Assembly (NCBI GenBank): GCA_963824495.1 | Contig: CAWGPQ010000014.1 | Coordinates: 79,482 to 143,481, forward strand | Reading direction: 5' to 3' | Origin: an uncultured bacterium | GTDB taxonomy: Bacteria > Babelota > Babeliae > Babelales > Babelaceae | DNA length: 64,000 nucleotides | Part shown: piece after piece, positions 11,017-21,090 of the stretch | Numbering within the stretch: the stretch's first letter is position 1 | Layout of the letters: each line of letters starts with the position of its first letter | Notes under the pieces: model-generated | Told to the model about the DNA's origin: nothing | The model's input: only the letters and a program-made list of their open reading frames with translations | Database searches by the model: none | Position numbers and translations under genes: made by a program

Positions 11017-11904
11017 ATGGTTGATTTTCTTAAAGAGCGTCCACTATACGCAGCGTTATCAATAGCTATTTTTGCTATCTTTATTGGCACATGGGTATAT
11101 AAGTATCAAACACGTGGCGAAGCTTTTGAATATAGTGTCGACTTTACAGGTGGGACGCAAGTACTATTTGATTTCTCTCAGCCCGTACATGGTACCGCTC
11201 TTGTTGATATCTTGGAAAAGCAAGGATGGCCTGGTATTGTGACCCGTGAATTTTCCCCGCGAGAAATATTAATACGGGTAAAAGAGTATGCAAGTGATGC
11301 TAAGGGACTAGCTGAGCGTATACGGACTACCCTTGAATCAGCGTTACCAGATACTCAAGTACTTATTAAACAGATTGATAGCGTTGGAGCTGGTGTTGGT
11401 GCTTCATTACGATGGAAATCAATTCAAGCAGTTCTCGCAGGCCTTATTATCATGCTTATGTATACGTGGTGGCGTTTTAGGTCTTTAGCGTATGGGGTAG
11501 GCGTTCTTGTCTCGCTCTTTCACGATGCCATTGTTATTCTCACGTTTTTCTTACTCTTTGATTATGAAATTTCCCTTAATGTTATTGGTGCCATATTGGC
11601 AATACTTGGATATTCTATTAACGATACTATTGTTATATTTTCGCGAATTCGTGAAAATATTCATCGTTTACGCAATGAACCATTAGAAAATGTAGTTAAC
11701 ATGAGTATTAACGAAACCCTACGACGTACTCTTTTAACAAGCTTCGCCACATCTTTGGTGGTTATGGCGCTTGTTCTTTTTGGTGGCCCTGTTCTTCGAA
11801 CGTTATCATTAGCTCTTTTGGTCGGTATAATCTTTGGAACGTATTCGTCTATTGCGATTGCAAGTCCTGTTATGTTAATGCTCTATAAAGATAAGCGTGT
11901 ATAA
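11017..11904 (+). CDS. secF: Protein translocase subunit SecF
   Basis: VDFTGGT, HDAIV, GYSINDTIVIFSRIRE, GTYSSIAIASP; 6 TM pattern. Confidence 0.95.
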   Translation: MVDFLKERPLYAALSIAIFAIFIGTWVYKYQTRGEAFEYSVDFTGGTQVLFDFSQPVHGTALVDILEKQGWPGIVTREFSPREILIRVKEYASDAKGLAERIRTTLESALPDTQVLIKQIDSVGAGVGASLRWKSIQAVLAGLIIMLMYTWWRFRSLAYGVGVLVSLFHDAIVILTFFLLFDYEISLNVIGAILAILGYSINDTIVIFSRIRENIHRLRNEPLENVVNMSINETLRRTLLTSFATSLVVMALVLFGGPVLRTLSLALLVGIIFGTYSSIAIASPVMLMLYKDKRV

Positions 11905-12016
11905 AACGAATTCTTTATATATCACAAATAACATGTTTTTTTATTATTCTATGTTTTTATAAAAAATTTTTCTTTTTCGATTCTATTTTATTAATTAATA
12001 TAAGGAGATTTATGCA

Positions 12017-13291
12017 ATGAGAGATCAAACATTGCGTGATATGAGCCTTCCTGACCTTAATGTTCAAGCCAGAAGGCTTGGCATTGTTGGAGCAAGTCTT
12101 ATGTCCAAAGACCAGCTTGTTTCTACTATTGTTGACCTTGAGAGTCACCCAGATAAAGAGCTTGAGGTTGAGGGAGTGCTGGAGCGTCTTCCCGAGGGAT
12201 TTGGTTTTTTACGTTCAGTCAAATTTGATTACGTTTCAGGTCCTGATGACATTTATGTTTCGCCTTCTCAAATTCGTCGATTTAATCTTCGTACGGGTGA
12301 TACTGTTTCGGGTGTTATACGTAAACCTAAAGATGGCGAAAAATACTTTGCCTTGCTTAAAGTTAACAAAATAAACTTTCAAGATCCAGCACTTGTTCTT
12401 GACCGCCCTTATTTTGATAGGTTATCTCCCTTACATCCTGAAAAAAAGTTCAATCTTGAATCAGACCCATCGTTCATTTCGACACGTTTGATGGATATTT
12501 TTTCTCCTATTGGTAAGGGCCAACGTGGTTTGATTGTAGCTCCACCTAAAACAGGTAAAACCGTATTATTAAAAGAGATTGCACAAACACTGGTCATGAA
12601 TCACCCAGAAGTTTATCTTATCTTTCTCTTAGTTGATGAACGTCCAGAAGAAGTGGCTGATATGCGTCGTAGCGTTAAAGGTAAAAACGCTGAAGTAGTA
12701 AGCTCGACATTTGACGAATCAGCAGATCGGCATGTACAAGTAGCCGAAATAGTTCTGGAAAAAGCAAAGCGCTTAGTTGAAGTTGGCCAGGATGTTGTTA
12801 TTCTTCTGGATTCTATAACCCGCTTAGCCCGTGCGTATAATACTACTGCACCGGCTTCAGGTAAAATTCTGACTGGAGGTATCGACGCTAACGCCCTGCA
12901 ACGTCCAAAACGTTTCTTTGGTGCTGCGCGTAATACTGAGGAAGGTGGTTCGCTTACCATTATCGCTACAGCTCTTGTAGAAACCGGTTCACGAATGGAC
13001 GAGGTGATCTTCGAAGAATTTAAAGGTACAGGTAATATGGAAATGCACATGAGCCGTAAATTGGCTAACTTGCGTATATTTCCTGCCTTCGACTTGCTTC
13101 TCTCTGGCACTCGACGTGAAGAACTTTTGTTGCCAGAAAGTGAACTTAACAAAGGTCGTATCTTAAGGAAATTTCTTTCTACAATGAACACGGTAGAAGG
13201 AATGGAAGTTCTTATCGATAAGATGAGAAAGTGTAAAACTAACGAAGAGTTTCTCGACTCTATGAACAAAAAAAATGGTAGTTCTTGCTAG
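12017..13291 (+). CDS. rho: Transcription termination factor Rho
   Basis: [50 protein letters not shown]. Confidence 0.99.
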   Translation: MRDQTLRDMSLPDLNVQARRLGIVGASLMSKDQLVSTIVDLESHPDKELEVEGVLERLPEGFGFLRSVKFDYVSGPDDIYVSPSQIRRFNLRTGDTVSGVIRKPKDGEKYFALLKVNKINFQDPALVLDRPYFDRLSPLHPEKKFNLESDPSFISTRLMDIFSPIGKGQRGLIVAPPKTGKTVLLKEIAQTLVMNHPEVYLIFLLVDERPEEVADMRRSVKGKNAEVVSSTFDESADRHVQVAEIVLEKAKRLVEVGQDVVILLDSITRLARAYNTTAPASGKILTGGIDANALQRPKRFFGAARNTEEGGSLTIIATALVETGSRMDEVIFEEFKGTGNMEMHMSRKLANLRIFPAFDLLLSGTRREELLLPESELNKGRILRKFLSTMNTVEGMEVLIDKMRKCKTNEEFLDSMNKKNGSSC

Positions 13292-13435
13292 CCACTTGGC
13301 ATCTATACTCTTGCTGAGAGTCCGAGAGATTGGCGAAATCCCTGCTTAAATGAGCACATACGCAGTTAGCAATGCACGTGGTAAATCGACGATAGTTATT
13401 GGCTAAAAATTATGCTATGTTAACCCCTAGCATGC

Positions 13436-14050
13436 ATGATGCTTCAAAGTAGCTATTTTTTTACCATGAAGGCGTTTTCTATGGTTATGCTTGTTTCGTG
13501 TCCTCAACGGGTTATTGTCTCGCTTGCAAGTGTGCTACTTTCACCTATAACGCTCCGTGCTCAAGACAAAGCTGTATCAGATAGCACTTTTAATAAGCAG
13601 GCTGTGCGTAGTAATGGGTGTAACTCAACCCATGAAGCTGCTTCAGTAGATACAACAATACGTAGCCAGGAAAAGCTTTTACTGCAGCTTGATAAGCTAC
13701 CCGTAAAGCCAACGTGTTCTACTCTAACGTACGAATGCTCAAAATGCTCGACTAGCTTAGCTGATATTATCACGTTTCTCAAAAAGCAAGCACTTTCAAA
13801 AGACCGATTGCTTGAGTATGCCCCAAATTTAGTGACGCTTATAGCAGGGCTTGCGATAGGCAAATATGTACTTAACGCTCACTATACCAAACTGTCTCAA
13901 GAAATACAGCAACTCAAGCAAGAAAAAGACAAACTCATACAAGTGCTTGGTGCTCATGAAGAAGTTTATAAAAGCGTTCTTGAGCAAATAAGTAAGCATG
14001 GGCAGATTATAGAAAAACTTATTGAGCTGAAAGAATCACCAGCTGAATAA
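13436..14050 (+). CDS. Hypothetical membrane-anchored coiled-coil protein
   Basis: 204 aa; hydrophobic segment LVTLIAGLAIG followed by heptad-like Q/E/K-rich tail; start uncertain. Confidence 0.6.
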   Translation: MMLQSSYFFTMKAFSMVMLVSCPQRVIVSLASVLLSPITLRAQDKAVSDSTFNKQAVRSNGCNSTHEAASVDTTIRSQEKLLLQLDKLPVKPTCSTLTYECSKCSTSLADIITFLKKQALSKDRLLEYAPNLVTLIAGLAIGKYVLNAHYTKLSQEIQQLKQEKDKLIQVLGAHEEVYKSVLEQISKHGQIIEKLIELKESPAE

Positions 14051-14251
14051 AATAATAAGCATGAATCGCAATTTTATGGGTCAGCTTTGCGAAAGTGGTG
14101 CTCTAAGCAGAAATTGCTCGCCAAACTCGAATGCTTTATATCAAGCAAGGCTTGTTAGCAATACACCTTAATCGTTGAAATCAATCGAGAGAAGCGATAA
14201 CTTAATCCATAAGTCTGTTGTATAGGTATAGCACATTACGCAAGGGCTCAT

Positions 14252-15346
14252 ATGGTTAAGCATAATCGATACGTTCGTGTAGTTATTATTTCAGTGTTAG
14301 CTCATTTAATGATTTCCGAAGCACGTGTGTATGCTAATGCGGGAGCACCCCTAGCTGCGGGAATCGTTACGGTTGCAACAGTGCCCTTTCTTAAAAGACT
14401 TACAGAAAAGACCGAAACTGGAAAGCCTCTCTATAGGGAGATACTCGAGTTAGCATTGGCGCCAGCTGTTATTTTGATTGTGTGGGCTGCCCTTGGGTGT
14501 AAAATAGGCAGTCATACCAAGCGCATTGATACCGTAGCTCAACAATTAACGCCTGTTCTAGAAAAATTAGGCAAACAAGAAGAAGCTCTTGGCGAACTTC
14601 AAAAAATAATAACCGATAAGTTTAATAGCTTGCATAATCCAGAAGCTGAAAGTAATAAAGGACCAGTTGCTGTCATAATTGATAAGCTTGATGGTCAATT
14701 AAGTAAACAAGATCGGCATGGTGAAAGTATTAAAGTAATACTTGAAAGACTGAGAAGCTTGTATTCTATAGATTCCGAGTCTACTCGAGCAGTATCTACT
14801 GAAATAGTGCACCAACCGGGAGGTCCGCATGGCGTTCTGAACGTGCTATGTCATGAGATCAAGGCTCAAGTGGAAGAACAGAGCCAATTGTTTTGTAAAA
14901 AGTTAGACGATCAAGCGAAAGCAAATAATGAATGTATTGGGCTTATAGTGCAAGCTTTACAAGCTTTAAAAACTCAACAAGAGAAGCAAGGTGAGGCTAT
15001 AAGTGCTCTGACTAAAGGGCTGGCTGAACACGTTACCAAGCTGGGTACACTTGATGAAGCAATCAAAAAATTAAATAATGGCTCAAAAGAACATCATGAA
15101 GTTATAGCTTTACTTGCTTCTATAACAACCGAGCTCAGTGGTACGGTAGCAAATCAAGAAAACGTACTTAGTCAACTTTCAGACAAAAGCGAGAGTGATT
15201 CTCTTAAAAGCCAGCTTATGATGGCGCAGGCTATGACTAGAAAGGCTGGTGTCATGCATGGCCGAGGTCCGATAATTTCGCCTTTGACACAGCTGATACA
15301 GTTGCATCCAGGTTATCTTGCTTTGGGCAATCAATCGAACTCTTAG
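14252..15346 (+). CDS. Hypothetical membrane-anchored coiled-coil protein
   Basis: 364 aa; signal-like N-terminus, two further hydrophobic segments, long heptad-rich region. Confidence 0.7.
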   Translation: MVKHNRYVRVVIISVLAHLMISEARVYANAGAPLAAGIVTVATVPFLKRLTEKTETGKPLYREILELALAPAVILIVWAALGCKIGSHTKRIDTVAQQLTPVLEKLGKQEEALGELQKIITDKFNSLHNPEAESNKGPVAVIIDKLDGQLSKQDRHGESIKVILERLRSLYSIDSESTRAVSTEIVHQPGGPHGVLNVLCHEIKAQVEEQSQLFCKKLDDQAKANNECIGLIVQALQALKTQQEKQGEAISALTKGLAEHVTKLGTLDEAIKKLNNGSKEHHEVIALLASITTELSGTVANQENVLSQLSDKSESDSLKSQLMMAQAMTRKAGVMHGRGPIISPLTQLIQLHPGYLALGNQSNS

Positions 15347-15357
15347 GTGATAACGGG

Positions 15358-16386
15358 TTATCGTGAACCTATATCGAGCGTCATGTCAGAAAAAGCACCT
15401 TGTTGTGCTTTGTAGTGACCAACAAAGGCGATCATGCCGCCATTATCGGTGCAATACTCCGGTGATGGGGTAAAGAAGGGCAAGCCATGGCGTTGAGCAA
15501 CTGCATGTAAACGTTCACGAATATAGTTGTTACGAGCAACGCCGCCGACAAAGGTAAGAGCACGTGCCTGAGGGTAATCACGACGAGCACGCTCAACTTT
15601 TTGCTCAAATATATCAGCAACACAAACGAGAAATGAACTTGCTACCTCTTGTTGCAGTTTTTTGTTATTAGGCTCAAGAAACCTTTTGTCAGTAAGAGAG
15701 TAGGCCCCTCGTTTGACAAGATCATAGAGCACAGCAGTTTTAATGCCAGAAAAACTAAAATTAAGCGTGTGGTCTTTAAGGCGGGGATAATGAAAAAAAT
15801 CTTTAAACCCTACTTCTCGTGCAAGTTTTTCTATAATAGGGCCGCCGGGATAGGGCAGATTAAGTGATTTTGCTACTTTATCAAATGCTTCACCTGCAGC
15901 GTCATCGAGAGTTTGCCCGAGTACGGTATAAACACCGTAGCCTTCTATAAGATAGAGTGACGTATGACCCCCGGAAGCAGTGATACAAAGGTGAGGAAAA
16001 GGAACGTCATGTTCAATAAGAGCTGAAAAAGCATGGCCTTCAAGGTGATTGATGCCAATAAGTTTTTTTTGATTGGCGTAAGCAAGGCCCTTGGCAAAAC
16101 ATACTCCTACGAGTAAGGAACCAGGTAAGCCAGGTTTATTGGTGACGGCAACCACATCAATATCAGCAAGTGGTGTACTAGCAGCAGTAAGCGATTGCTG
16201 TACGATCGTGTTAATTTTTTCAATTTGAGAGCGTGATGAAAGTTCAGGTACTACGCCACCGTAATATTCATGAACCTCAACCTGTGAGAATAGCTTATTG
16301 GAAAGCATGCCTCGCTCTGTTTGATAAACGGCAACAGCTGTTTCGTCGCATGATGTTTCGATACCCAAAATAGTAAATGATGCCAT
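15358..16386 (-). CDS. tsaD: tRNA N6-adenosine threonylcarbamoyltransferase
   Basis: LGIETSCDET, GGVVPE, NHLEGH, SGGHT, DDAAGEAFDK, CTDNGGMIA. Confidence 0.97.
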   Translation of the reverse strand: MASFTILGIETSCDETAVAVYQTERGMLSNKLFSQVEVHEYYGGVVPELSSRSQIEKINTIVQQSLTAASTPLADIDVVAVTNKPGLPGSLLVGVCFAKGLAYANQKKLIGINHLEGHAFSALIEHDVPFPHLCITASGGHTSLYLIEGYGVYTVLGQTLDDAAGEAFDKVAKSLNLPYPGGPIIEKLAREVGFKDFFHYPRLKDHTLNFSFSGIKTAVLYDLVKRGAYSLTDKRFLEPNNKKLQQEVASSFLVCVADIFEQKVERARRDYPQARALTFVGGVARNNYIRERLHAVAQRHGLPFFTPSPEYCTDNGGMIAFVGHYKAQQGAFSDMTLDIGSR

Positions 16387-16399
16387 GATATAGTAACAG

Positions 16400-17182
16400 T
16401 TACAGGTGAGGCCGGATCAAGTCCGGTCTTTTGATTATGGACATAATACTTGCTTGGTCACGTTTAGTTTCGCATTCAATTTTACCATGAACTGTATCAG
16501 TATCAAAAGCAAACACCGTAGAAAGTTGCTCTTGTTCCCATTCTTGTAGCGTTAATGTTGGCTTAATAACGAGAGTTGGCAGATGTATAACTGTCGTTCG
16601 GAGGGATTTTTCTGTTATAAGAGACGTTGGTGATGTCCTGACTTCATCGTCTTTGTGCTCTTTAACGGTTTCAATAGCATGAGGTGACATTTTAATAACG
16701 ATGGCGTGAGAGGGAAGTCTAATAGGTATCTCGTCAATGCCTTTAAGCTCGATTGTCCAATGATATTTTTGCTTGCGTACTGCCCCGTCAAAAGGTTCTT
16801 TGTGGAGGGTTACGTCATACCATGCACAAGGTAACTGCTCAATGCGCTTGAGGTGACTGACAGTTTGACCATCAGACGTCATATAATCAAAATCAACATC
16901 AGGGGTAATCACCAGTGAAAATGCTAAGCGCTCTTGAGTTTCTGGTAATAGACACCACTGTTCATCAAGCTTTAAGCTATCTCCCTTATAGTATCCCTTT
17001 AAACCTTGGGTATAATTTGGAGTAATATGCGCAGGAAATTGTATATCAAGAACGTAGCAGCAGCTCTGTTGCTCTGCCTTTTCACTCAAGCTTGCCGTCA
17101 AGGCTGACTGGTCGTTAGAAATACCATGCAAGAGAATGCTACTACTAAGAAAAAAATATGCTATAATTTTGGTAATATGCAT
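16400..17182 (-). CDS. Hypothetical exported protein (likely start MHITK at 17182)
   Basis: AAAGGAG RBS before internal Met; signal-like N-terminus; co-oriented upstream of tsaD. Confidence 0.6.
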   Translation of the reverse strand: MHITKIIAYFFLSSSILLHGISNDQSALTASLSEKAEQQSCCYVLDIQFPAHITPNYTQGLKGYYKGDSLKLDEQWCLLPETQERLAFSLVITPDVDFDYMTSDGQTVSHLKRIEQLPCAWYDVTLHKEPFDGAVRKQKYHWTIELKGIDEIPIRLPSHAIVIKMSPHAIETVKEHKDDEVRTSPTSLITEKSLRTTVIHLPTLVIKPTLTLQEWEQEQLSTVFAFDTDTVHGKIECETKRDQASIMSIIKRPDLIRPHL

Positions 17183-17360
17183 AATTTTTGCTCCTTTGTT
17201 TAAGCTACCCATCAACATCACAGATAGCATAGCCTAAACCAAGATTTTTTTCAAAAGAGTACGTTTTAAAGAATACGGTTTGTGGGATTTTATCTCTGAT
17301 ACATAGTATGATATACTAACTATACAGGGCTTTTAATACACTTCTTTTTTACTACAGAAA

Positions 17361-17819
17361 ATGAAAATAATAGCACAAAATAAAAAAGCATTTCATGATT
17401 ATGATATTCTTGATAGGTTAGAAACTGGCATTGTACTGTCTGGCGATGAAGTAAAAGCATTGCGAGCTGGTCAAGTAAACCTCGTTGGGTCTTTCGCTCA
17501 CATTCATGATGGTGAGTTATTTTTGGTAAATGCACATATTGCGCCCTATTCACATGCCTACCATAAAAGTGACGCAGCTGCACGTAGGACACGCAAGTTG
17601 CTTGTCCATCGGCGAGAACTTACGCGACTTGCAGGAGAAGTATCCCGTAAGGGTACAACGCTTATTCCTCTTAAGTTTTATTTTAACAATAAGGGTATTG
17701 TTAAGCTTGAACTCGGTGTTGGGAAACATAAAAAGGCTCACGTACGTAAGGAAGAAATCAAAGAGCGTGATATCAAGCGTGAAACTCGACGCGAGCTTAA
17801 GGGAACGTATAGATATTGA
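17361..17819 (+). CDS. smpB: SsrA-binding protein
   Basis: NKKAFHDY, GIVLSGDEVKALR, RTRKLLVHRRE, GKHKK motifs. Confidence 0.97.
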   Translation: MKIIAQNKKAFHDYDILDRLETGIVLSGDEVKALRAGQVNLVGSFAHIHDGELFLVNAHIAPYSHAYHKSDAAARRTRKLLVHRRELTRLAGEVSRKGTTLIPLKFYFNNKGIVKLELGVGKHKKAHVRKEEIKERDIKRETRRELKGTYRY

Positions 17820-17935
17820 TTCAATTGTTTGAATATCTTATTTTTTTCCCAAGCACAGGCTTTTTGTATTCTTTATGTGACACTACCAATACGATTGAAT
17901 CTATTACTTCTGTTATTTCGAATAGCAAATTTTTC

Positions 17936-18373
17936 TTAAGATATACTAGAGTGGCTATCCTTCCTTGGGTTATTATTTATGGATGATTGCTCCGGCTCGC
18001 GATATTCTGAGATTGCAAAGTCGTCGCCAACAGACCAGATAATGATATTTTCAGCTCCTGCTTCACATAGTGTGTCCCAGTCATCTATCAGTTTACACAG
18101 TTCTTGCGGTGAAATGCGCACATCGTAGTCCTCATTTTCAGGGTCTTCACCATACAACTCATTTATAATTACATAATCGTTTTCTTTACGAAGGCGACAA
18201 TTATTAGTATTCAATGCCTGTCTTGAGGGCTCTAGAATCCATTCTTTAAAAAATGAACTACTTAATGATAATCCATTCAAAAATGACCATAAATTATACA
18301 AATTACTTATTTTGTTTTTTTTAATAGGCCAATAATATTTATTTCCGTCTTTTTCTAATATTATATAGTTCAC
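17936..18373 (-). CDS. Putative immunity protein of EndoU toxin copy A (likely GTG start 18373)
   Basis: Directly downstream of toxin tip; paralog of 23184, 28605 and 54188 ORFs (LWxxLN, FKEW, TNNCxLRKE, WDxLCEAG, IIIW). Confidence 0.75.
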   Translation of the reverse strand: MNYIILEKDGNKYYWPIKKNKISNLYNLWSFLNGLSLSSSFFKEWILEPSRQALNTNNCRLRKENDYVIINELYGEDPENEDYDVRISPQELCKLIDDWDTLCEAGAENIIIWSVGDDFAISEYREPEQSSINNNPRKDSHSSIS

Positions 18374-18381
18374 AAAACCTT

Positions 18382-19652
18382 TCAATCAATAATAGGATAT
18401 GCTGAAATTACTTTACCTAGTTTGTCTATGATTATATCTATTTTTATTCCTTCACTAGTTATACCCTTAATTTGCCAGTTACCTTGAGAAGTTAACTCGG
18501 GAAGTTTTGAGTTTTTATAGGCCTCCATAATTTTTTCCATTACTTTAACTCTATCCCATGACTTTGGGAAAAATGTTGAATATTTTTCTTTACCATTGTA
18601 GTACCAATTGGCACCATAAACGCCATGTATGCCCTTTTTGACATACCTAAATGTAATTAAACCAGTTTTCTCTATTAATCCCATAAAATCATGATGAAAA
18701 CCTGATAACTCAAGCCCTTTCTTTATACACGTGATTTCTGGCCCAAATATGTGCTCAAAGTTAATAATAATTGATTTAAAATTAATTTCAGCAAAGCTTT
18801 TACAGATGTTATTGTAAGTACCTGCTAACCTCTCGAGTTCCCCGCTGCTTAGTAGTATATGCTCGAGAGCTTTGAGCTCGATAAGGTGCCTCGTGCTCGT
18901 GCAGGCGGCACCACAAGCTCTTTTTGTTGCTTCTTTTCCAACTTCGACAAACTCTTCAAGCATTTCAAAAGCATTAGCAAGAAGTGCAGCACCAGGATGG
19001 CGTATAATTACGCTAGCTTGTGCCTCTTGAGCTAATGTTTTAATGCGTTTAGCCAGAACAAGATAATCTACACCACGGCTTGCTTTTAAAAGCGATTTGA
19101 CCACTTTGACCGAAGCACCTGGTATAAACCAACTCGTAAGAAATGCCGTTGCATCTTTTACCAGCTCAGGCGGAGGTGTATTTTTTATATGAGTTTCAAC
19201 AGCGTTAATGATAGAGAATATGTCATCAGTTGTTTGCTTATACTCTTCAAGCAAGAGCTTCTTATTGGTATAGCTTAAATACTCCCAATAAAATCGTTTA
19301 TAGATAAGCTTGCTTAAAAGCTCGCTAACCTCAAAGGTAGTATGAATAAGATTACGAGCAGTATCAATTGGATGCAAGAAAGAGCTGAAGAATCGAGAGC
19401 ATTCCGCCAAGAAACCATCTTTTATGGCGTAACCATAGGTACCTAAGAAATGAACAATACTCCAAGCGAAATCGCTACTATCAAAGCCTTGCTCCATACA
19501 ACCAACGCTATTACAGAAACATCCCAGTTCTGTGCTATATATTGCAGTATCAGAAAGACGATATAATAAAGGGTCGGTGTACTTGTGTGTATCAAGCTGC
19601 GAAAAGCCATCAAGGGTTTCAAGTATTTCTTGATGAAGTACATGCTGTAGAG
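18382..19652 (-). pseudogene. EndoU polymorphic toxin copy A, 5' part removed at the IS3 end
   Basis: Near-identical to 21091 gene from about codon 273 onward; homology stops exactly at IS end 19653; EHIFGPE, GFHHD, KYSTFFPKSW, SAYP motifs. Confidence 0.85.
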
Positions 19653-20961
19653 TATAGTGACCCCCTGCGTTAAGACACGAAAATAGATTTATTTAGGAGT
19701 CATGTTAACCTTCGAAGGGTTAGACTGGTTTTGTAACTTAAATTGTGCAAATAACTGTTGTCTTGTAGGCACAACTCTTAAAGCGAAAATGAGGTTTGGC
19801 GTGTGATAGTTAAGCGCCTGATGAGGTCGTTTTTGATTATAAAAATCAACATAGCTCCGCAAAGCTACTCGAGCCTGATCCACGGTATCAAAACTGTGCA
19901 GGTAAACGTTTTCGTACTTTATAGTACGCCATAATCGTTCGACATGAGCATTATCAGCCCAGCGACCCTTGCCATCCATGCTCACCTTTATACCGTTTCC
20001 TTCTAATTGTACGATCCAAGAGGTACTGGTAAACTGGCATCCTTGGTCGCTATTAATAATCTCCGGTATGCCATGCTTCAAGGCGTTTTCAAGTGCTTCA
20101 AGACATGATTGCGTATCAAGAAAAGTAGATAAGCTCCATCCCATAATTCTTCTGCTAAAGACATCGAGCAAGCACACTAAATAAACAAAGCCAAGTCGTA
20201 CCTTTATATAGGTGATGTCAACGGTCCATACCTGATTAGGGCGATCAATGCTAAGTTCACGTAGAAGATAGGGGTATACTTTGTGTCCCCGATCTCGTAT
20301 AGTTGTTTTCTTTGTAGGATAAACAGCTTTTATGCCTGCAAGAGCGAGCAATCCTTGTAACCTCTTGTGATTGATAACGAAGCCTCTTTGCCTCAGAGCA
20401 ACAAGAATACGGCGATAGCCATAAAATGGTGTTTCTTGATAAATACTTCTAACCTCATTCAATATAGTCGCATCGTCACTTTTTAACGGCCTCGGTTGAT
20501 AATACATCATGCTTCTCGCAACACCCAAAAGTTCGCATTTTCTTTTTATACCTATCGCTTCATTACCGTGCTCAATCATCTCTTTGCGTTTTTCACTACT
20601 TAACGTTTGAGCACATGTCCTAAAAAATCACGTTCCGCAGTTAATTGTCCAATAACACGATGCAATCTATCTATTTCTGCTTTATGGTCTACTTCTCGCT
20701 TATCTTCAAAGATCTCATTGCTCTCTTCCTCCAGCTGCTTTTTCCATGCAAATATTTGACTTGCTGAAATGCTATACTCTTGGCATAATTCTGCAACTGT
20801 TTTCTTTTAGGGCTTCTAGAGCTACCTTACTCTTAAATGAACTTCCATGTTTCTTGTATATTCTTGCCATGCTTTACCCCAGTAATAGTGATGATCTTTT
20901 TGCATCATTATACTCCCCAATTTCTCCAATTACACGTGTCTGATTTCTGGGGGTCATTATA
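19653..20961 (-). mobile_element. IS3-family insertion sequence, copy 1 (1309 bp; orfA frameshifted)
   Basis: Imperfect 27-bp terminal IRs TATA(G/A)TGACCCCC-N7-AGACACG; near-identical to 25320..26633 but lacks one CTTTT unit in orfA; flanks GAG/GTG are not a perfect TSD. Confidence 0.93.
19689..20579 (-). CDS. IS3 transposase OrfB (DDE integrase core)
   Basis: YGYRRI, NQVWTVDITYI, NSDQGCQFTS, DNAHVERLWRTIKYE, YNQKRPHQAL. Confidence 0.95.
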   Translation of the reverse strand: MIEHGNEAIGIKRKCELLGVARSMMYYQPRPLKSDDATILNEVRSIYQETPFYGYRRILVALRQRGFVINHKRLQGLLALAGIKAVYPTKKTTIRDRGHKVYPYLLRELSIDRPNQVWTVDITYIKVRLGFVYLVCLLDVFSRRIMGWSLSTFLDTQSCLEALENALKHGIPEIINSDQGCQFTSTSWIVQLEGNGIKVSMDGKGRWADNAHVERLWRTIKYENVYLHSFDTVDQARVALRSYVDFYNQKRPHQALNYHTPNLIFALRVVPTRQQLFAQFKLQNQSNPSKVNMTPK

Positions 20962-21090
20962 GTGCGCAGAGCAAAAATAGCGTAATCTAAGCTTTTTTTA
21001 CAAAAACAAGGATAATTCTTTAAAATTAGGGCTTCTTTTTAGTATGAGATAACAGTACTAACAGAGTGGTATCTTTTATAACTAGCCCAT

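Noticed and set aside
12613..13269. 218-aa ORF antisense to rho (also those antisense to the P-type ATPase, skp and gspD)
   Set aside because: Antisense shadows of conserved genes caused by codon bias
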